DNA of 64,000 nucleotides, from assembly GCF_009914755.1 (NCBI RefSeq), contig NC_060929.1; one strand, given 5' to 3'. The position numbers were made by a program, and so were the translations under genes. Shown in pieces: positions 57,829-64,000 of this stretch; positions within the stretch are counted from its first letter, which is position 1, and each line of letters begins with the position of its first letter. Under the pieces are notes generated by a model. That model ran no database searches and had not been told where the DNA came from. It worked only from the letters and a program-made list of their open reading frames with translations. Origin of the DNA: the human T2T-CHM13v2.0 reference genome, Homo sapiens.

Positions 57829-59579
57829 ATCAATGATTTGACTTTCTACCTGAAGAAACTATGTAAAGAAGAGCATGCCAAATTCAAAACAAGCAGAAGG
57901 AAGAAAATAAGAAATGTTAGAGCAAAAATAAAGTAGTTAATGGAAAAAATAGAGAAAATCAATGGGACCAAAAAGTTTGTTCTTTGAAAACATCAGTAAA
58001 ATGAACAAATATTTAGCTTGATTGACCAAGAACTGAAATCAAGAATGATGTTGCTAACATTAGGAATAAAGTAAATTACATTACTGATGGCCCTTTAAAA
58101 ATATGAAAAGAATTAGGGTTCTATGAACAATTGTATTCCAGCAAATTAGATAAATCAGGTGGATTGGCCATATTTCTAGGAAAAAAAAAATCAAAACTGA
58201 CTCAAAAACAAATACCAAATCTGAAATGACCTAAAAAAAAGTAAAGAATTTGAATTAGTAATAAAAATAATTCTCATAGAGAAAAACTCTGGCCCATATC
58301 TCTTTACTGGTATGTTCTACCTTAATTGTAAAGAATAACTAACACTAATTCTTTACAAAGTCTTTCAAGAAATAGAAGAGGGCACTTTTCAATTTCTTCT
58401 ATAAAGTGATATATTACTTGGATATCAAAGCCAAAAATATCATAAGAAAAGAAAACTAGAAGCCAATATTTCTTATGAAATATTGATTCTCTTATGAAAT
58501 ATTCTTATGAAATATGGATTCTCAAACCAAATCCATCAAAACCCAAAAAGCCTACTATACACTGTGACCAATGAGATTTATCCCAGGAAGTCAACATTAG
58601 TTCAACCTACAAAAATCAGTGAATGCAATGCACTGTATTAATACAATGAAGGACAAAAACCGTGTGACCATTTCAGTTGACATAGAAAACACATTTGACA
58701 ACTTCCGATATACTTCCATGATAAAAGTGCCACAAAATAGGATCAGAAGGGAACTGTCTCAAAGTGATAAAAGGCAGCCACAAAACCCCCAGGTAAACAT
58801 CATAGTTAATGGTGAAAGACAATGCTCTCTCTGAAGATCAGCAAGAAACAAGACAAAGGTATCTGATCTTGATACTTCTATTTAATATTGTGATGGAAGT
58901 TTTAGTCAGAGCAATTAAGCAAGAAAAATTATTAAAATATGTCAACACTGGAAAGGAAGAAGTAAAACTGTCTATATGAAAACGAGATCTTATATACAGA
59001 AAATCCTAAGGATACCATGAAAAGGCCATTAGAAATAATAAACAAGTTCAGGAATGTATTGGGATAGAAGATAAATGTACAATCTATTGTGTTTCTACAA
59101 ACTAGCAATAGGCTACATATAATTGTAACGAACAAAATAATTCCATTTACAATAGCACCAAAAGAATAAAGTGCTTTCTAATAAATGTAACAAAGAATGC
59201 AAGACTTGTACACTGAAAACTACAGAATATTATTGAAAGAAACTAAAGAAACCCTAAATAAACAAAAAGAAATCTCATGTTTATGGATAGGGAGAGTTAA
59301 TGTTAAAATGGCAATAGTCCTCAAATTTATTTTCAGATTCTATTCAATACCTATCAAAATTTATGCCACTCTTTTGAGAAAATTGACAAGGTGATTATAA
59401 AATTCATATAAAGATGCAAAGGACTTGGAATAGCCAGAACAATTTTAAAAAGAACGAAGTTGTTATGGTTACACTTCTTGATTTGATATCTTACTACAGA
59501 GCTACAGTAATCAGTGTGATATGGTAACAGCATAAGATTAGGCATGAAGCTCAGTAGAATATAATTGAGTAAAGAATTA

Positions 59580-60056
59580 TACAATACGGAGGGAAAGGAG
59601 AAAGAAGAGCTGCAGGCCCTTGGGGAGCCCAGACCTAGGAGGTCCCTTGAGCCATGGCTGTGACACCCTCTTTGGGGCTCTGCAATTCCTGGCGTCTCCA
59701 AGCCTCTGAGAGCCGATGTGTTCCCCAGTGCCAGCTGTGGAAGTTGCTTGTGGTACGCCTGGTCCAGCTGCATACTCACAGGCAGCCGGCACCCATGGCG
59801 GCGCCTGGAGTTGCCTACCCCACTGCAGGCAGCGAATCTGGCTATGCGCAGTGGCTAGACCCCAAGCTCACTTGCTTGCACCCCCCTCGCTGCTCCACTT
59901 GTCCTTGGCAGGCATGGGATCCAGGCCAATAGCACAAGTCAAGCACAGCCTGCCAGGCCAAGTGGGCTTAGTGGTCCCGAGCAAAACTGGGGCAAAGGCA
60001 CCACTGGCCACAGAGGTTTCCTGCTGGTGAAGTGACGCCCCAAGGATCCTGTAACA
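59580..60056 (+). mobile_element. 3' portion of a MER52-type ERV1 LTR, within the larger 59580-60222 insertion
   Basis: 'gaagagctgcaggcccttggggagcccagacctagg...ccactggccacagaggtttcc...ggatcctgtaaca'. The 5' part of the LTR is absent. Confidence 0.85.
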
Positions 60057-61215
60057 CAATGATCTCCAAAGTTCTTTGATTACATATTCCAGCAATGAAG
60101 AATATTTGTGTCCCGTTTAACAGTAAATGTACATTTCGTTATTTATATATAGTGGTACTAATATATAAGCTTAATATAATCTGAAAAGAAATCAATAAAA
60201 AGTAAGCAAAACATGGGAAAAAAAAGAATTAAACTCTAACATTTACGGTTAATTGATTTTTCACAGAATGCCAAGACCATTCAATAGGGAAAAGATAGAC
60301 GTATTGACAAACGGTGTTGGAAGTACTGGATGTCTGCATGCAAAAGAAAGCAATTGGACACCTACCCCACACAATAGATGAAAAGTAATCAGTATGAATG
60401 ATATAGACCTGAACATAAAAATAAAATCTATAAAACTCTTAGTAGAAACCATTGAAATACATTCTCATGATCTTGAATGAGGAAATTTTTTTAGATATGA
60501 CACCAAAATCACATGGGGAAAAACAAAAAAAAGGTAAACTGGACTTTATAATTTAATTTAATTGAAGTTTGTAATTAAAGCCTTTTGTACTTTAAAAGAC
60601 ACCATTGAGAAAGTGAAAAAACAATCAACAGAATGGGAAAAAAATGTTTTAATGAGGGACTTGAATACAGAATAAAGAATTCTTATTCTCAGCAATAAAA
60701 AGACAACCCAAGAAAAAATGGTAAAAAGGATTTGAGTAGACATTTTTCTAAAGGTAATATATAAATGACACATAAGCTCAACAAGATAATCAAAATCATT
60801 ACTTCTTTAAGAAATAATGATCAAAACCAAGGTGAATTGCCACTTCACATACACTAACATGACTAAAATAAAAAAGACAGAAAATAACAAATGTTGACAA
60901 GAATGGGGAATAACTGACACCCTCATGTATTGCTGGGAGAGGAACTGTAAAAGGCTGCAGCCACTGAGAAAAAGAGTTTGACAGTTCCTTAAGATATTAA
61001 ACATTGGTTTACCATGTGACCCAGCAATTCAACTCCTAGGTATAATCCCAAGGGAATTGAAAACCCATATCCTCACAATAACATCTATAGAAATATTCAT
61101 AGCAGCATTATTTATAATGGCTCCAAATGGAAACAATACATTTAATTACGAATAGATAAACTATGTGAAGTATATTTATATAATGGAACATTATTCAGGA
61201 ATAAAATGGATTAAT

Positions 61216-61945
61216 TCCCAGTATAAATAAATGATTGAGTAAATAATGGGGAAAAAGGCAATTCTCCCATGCACAAGAATTACAAATAATTTATTTAGAT
61301 ACTCCTCACCCAAGGAAGTGATGCATGAATCCCTTCTCCTTATGTGTGGCCTATATATAGTGATTTCTTTCCATAGAGCACAGTAACTTAACAGTAAAGA
61401 TATCTGATAAATGCTATTTCAGCCAGGTTTTCAAAGCCAATATCAACAATAATAAATCATTGACATTAAGTACCTTTAATGTCATTGATGAAAATGACGC
61501 TTTTCCCCCAGGCTCTTCCTCTCCCAAATCTATAACCCCAGTTTAATCATGAGAAAAATATCAGACATATCCCAGTTGAGAGATATACTGCAAAATATTT
61601 GACAAGCACTCCTTAAAACTGTTAAAGTCATTGAAAACAAGGTAAATCCGGGAAACTGTCATAGCCAAGGAAAAACTAACAAGACTTGGAGAAGAAATAT
61701 AATGTGAAATCCTAGATGAGACCCTGGAACGGAAAAATTTTATTATACAAAAACAAAGGAAATCTGAAAAAAGTATAGACTTACAGTTAATAGTAATGTA
61801 TCAATATTGATTGTAATTACTGTAAAAGTACTAAATTAATGTAAGAGGTTAATGGTTAGAAAGCTTGTTATGGAGTATATGATAACACTTCTCCTATCTT
61901 CACACTTTTTCTGTAAGCTAAAACTGCTCTAAGAATAAATAAAAA
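61216..61945 (+). mobile_element. L1MC/MD-type 3'UTR fragment nested in the L1MB 3'UTR
   Basis: 'aaataatttatttagatactcctcaccc...catgagaaaaatatcagaca...tgtaagctaaaactgctctaagaataaa'. Confidence 0.7.
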
Positions 61946-62429
61946 AGAATGAAGTATTGATACATGCTGTCACATGGATTCACGTTGAAAACATGCTGTG
62001 AAAGAAACCAGTACAATAGACACCAAATGGTATGATTTCATTTCTATCAAACATTCAGAATAGGCAAATATATAGAAGCAGAAAGTAGATCAGTAGTTAC
62101 TAGGGGCAAGAAAGGGGAGTTACCGGGCGAGAGTAGATGAGGATTGTACTCTGTAGTGGATACAAAGTTTCTATTTAGTATTTAAAAAGTCTTCTGGATT
62201 TAGTAATGATGGTTGCATAACCTTGTAAATATACCTAAAATTACTGAATCGTCTAATTTTAAGGGTGAATTTTATGACCTGTGAATTAAATATCAATAAG
62301 CATGTTATTTTAAAAAAAACACACAGAGATACAATGTTAAAATAAAATTGAAAATAATAATGACAAAATTGTAAAATCTGCCAACATCCACCACATTTTT
62401 GATGAATCTATTTGATATGGGTAACTTTC

Positions 62430-62544
62430 ATTTAAATAATTTAAATAATTTAAATGATTTAAATAATTTAAATAATTTAAATGATTTAAATAATTTAAAT
62501 GATTTAAATGATTTAAATAATTTAAATAATTTACCATTTAAATA
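62430..62544. repeat. 9-bp minisatellite (ATTTAAATR)11 plus one detached unit
   Basis: Directly visible. Confidence 0.97.
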
Positions 62545-63499
62545 ATTGCTTTTCTTTACAGCTAATTGGTTTAAGTATTTCTGTTAAACAAATGAGTTTC
62601 ATATTTTGGACACATTTACTACTGTCTGTGAAGAAGAGTGAAGGTGAGAAAGGTGTAAAATGTCTATATTGTTCCATTTCCTGACCTGATAAAACTATCC
62701 AAATTTGGAATTTTGAGGTACAGCATGAGGTGTTAGGAAGCTGTTTGTAAGTTATTTATACTAAGAAAAGGGAAATTTTTCTTAGTACAAAAATTAACGT
62801 TGCAAAATTTTCCAATTTTTTTTTTACGTTCTTCTCCTTTTATCATGTGGTTGTTTATGGTGTTAGATTCTGTATTACCCAACAGGCAATCTAACCATGT
62901 GCATAATTTCCATCAAAATAAAAACACCAGGGTAGTAAAAATAATGGAATGAATTTGTTATATAATATTTTTTAAAACTCCATGAGCTACCTTGAATTAG
63001 AAACCAATAACATTTATTGGCTTTCCTTACTCATATTTTGTCATTTGGGTTATACAGTTTGAAATCCCTATGCAGAAACATGATATTAGTTCAATAATGC
63101 TTTTAAAATGTTCCTGAACACTTTGTAATAGAAAGGAAGTGAATAATTGGCAAATAATTGTGATATTGAAATTTATACATTCTGTCCTTGAATATCTTTT
63201 TTTTTTAAGCATCTAGTCTTGGAGGATATCGTGTATTCAACAAAATCTCCTGAGTCTTTACTAACCAAGTACTTTCTGTGGAATCTTGTAGCAGGGAGAA
63301 TGGTCCTTATTAATTGACTCAGGTGAAGATTTATAACAGGCATCAGAGAGCATGGAGGAGCAAGGTGATAAGGAATAAGCCAAAGGAGTGATAATTATAT
63401 ACATAGGCCTGATAATTTTGGGCAATATGGATTTAAGTGTGTTTATAATATTGATGGTTTGAGATTTTTTTTTTCCAACAGTAAATAGCAATCTGAGAA

Positions 63500-64000
63500 G
63501 GTGGTGCTCTGAATTGAGTTGTTTGCTTGGCAGATATGGTAGCGATACAAATGTGGCAGCAAATGAGGGCTACTGGGTAAGAAAAAAAGTTGAGACAATC
63601 AAGCCTGTGATTCCATTAAAGTAGGGAAGAGCTACTAAGAAGAGGCTTATAGAATGAGGGAATTAGAAATATCAAAAGATTATACACCTGTATAACAACA
63701 AAGAGTAGAAACAATGAGAATGAGGTGATCAGAAATGGGTTGACAAGGCTTCATGCTCAGACAGTAAATATTGTTCTGTATGACTTTTTAGGTGGGGCTT
63801 TTCTAGGTCCTGAAGATTTTAGGATATGTGTCTGGAAATAGGTGGATAAAGTACAATCAAAGAAAACATTGTTGAAGTAAAATAAATCCAGAATGAGACA
63901 GTTACATGGACAGTTAAATATCTCATAATTATGATTGAAGTTTTAGTGGAGATAAAAGCTGAGCAACATACTTCTAAATGAGTAAGGCTAAGTGACTCAA
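63500..64000 (-). mobile_element. Probable LINE-2 relic
   Basis: 'agttttagtggagataaaagctgag' and purine-rich L2-antisense character. Confidence 0.4.

Larger units (their letters stand above)
55520..62320 (+). mobile_element. Ancient L1M from ORF1 to 3' end (L1MB7/8-like 3'UTR) with nested insertions
   Basis: Colinear ORF1, EN, RT and 3'UTR 'cagaataggcaaatatatagaagcagaaagtagatcagtagttac...gggtgaattttatgacctgtgaattaaatatcaataa'. Confidence 0.8.

Noticed and set aside
59354-60095. Cluster of 71-141-aa ORFs
   Set aside because: GC-rich MER52 LTR sequence, not a coding retrogene.
62337-62537. NYL/NHL repeat peptide or CRISPR-like array
   Set aside because: A 9-bp tandem repeat with one-base spacers, no unique spacers and no cas genes, in a primate context.

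Overview
AT-rich, repeat-dense primate genomic DNA, most likely human or great ape (AluY, a hominoid-age L1PA, MER11 and THE1 are present). I see no prokaryotic features, CRISPR array, rRNA or tRNA, and no recognisable cellular gene. Every long ORF comes from L1. Main contents: (1) a full-length but dead L1PA3/PA2-type LINE-1 on the minus strand (4902-10929) with a 16-bp TSD and an open antisense ORF0; (2) three large ancient L1M scaffolds (about 13.6-23.4, 43.6-50.5 and 55.5-62.3 kb) riddled with younger Alus, L1 fragments and solo LTRs; (3) scattered MIR, L2, MER and MaLR relics. The best leads are: a TSD-flanked, polyadenylated retrocopy of a MER52-LTR-plus-unique-flank RNA (59580-60222); a 60-nt candidate exon in frame with the ORF0 splice donor of the L1 antisense promoter; a 30-bp twin-priming inversion; a template-switch inverted duplication inside a (TA/CA)n tract; a 3'-truncated L1MA that may have been internally primed; and a palindromic 9-bp minisatellite. 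These are new instances of known mechanisms, not a demonstrated new system. Repeat subfamily names are from my recall of consensus sequences and need RepeatMasker/Dfam confirmation.
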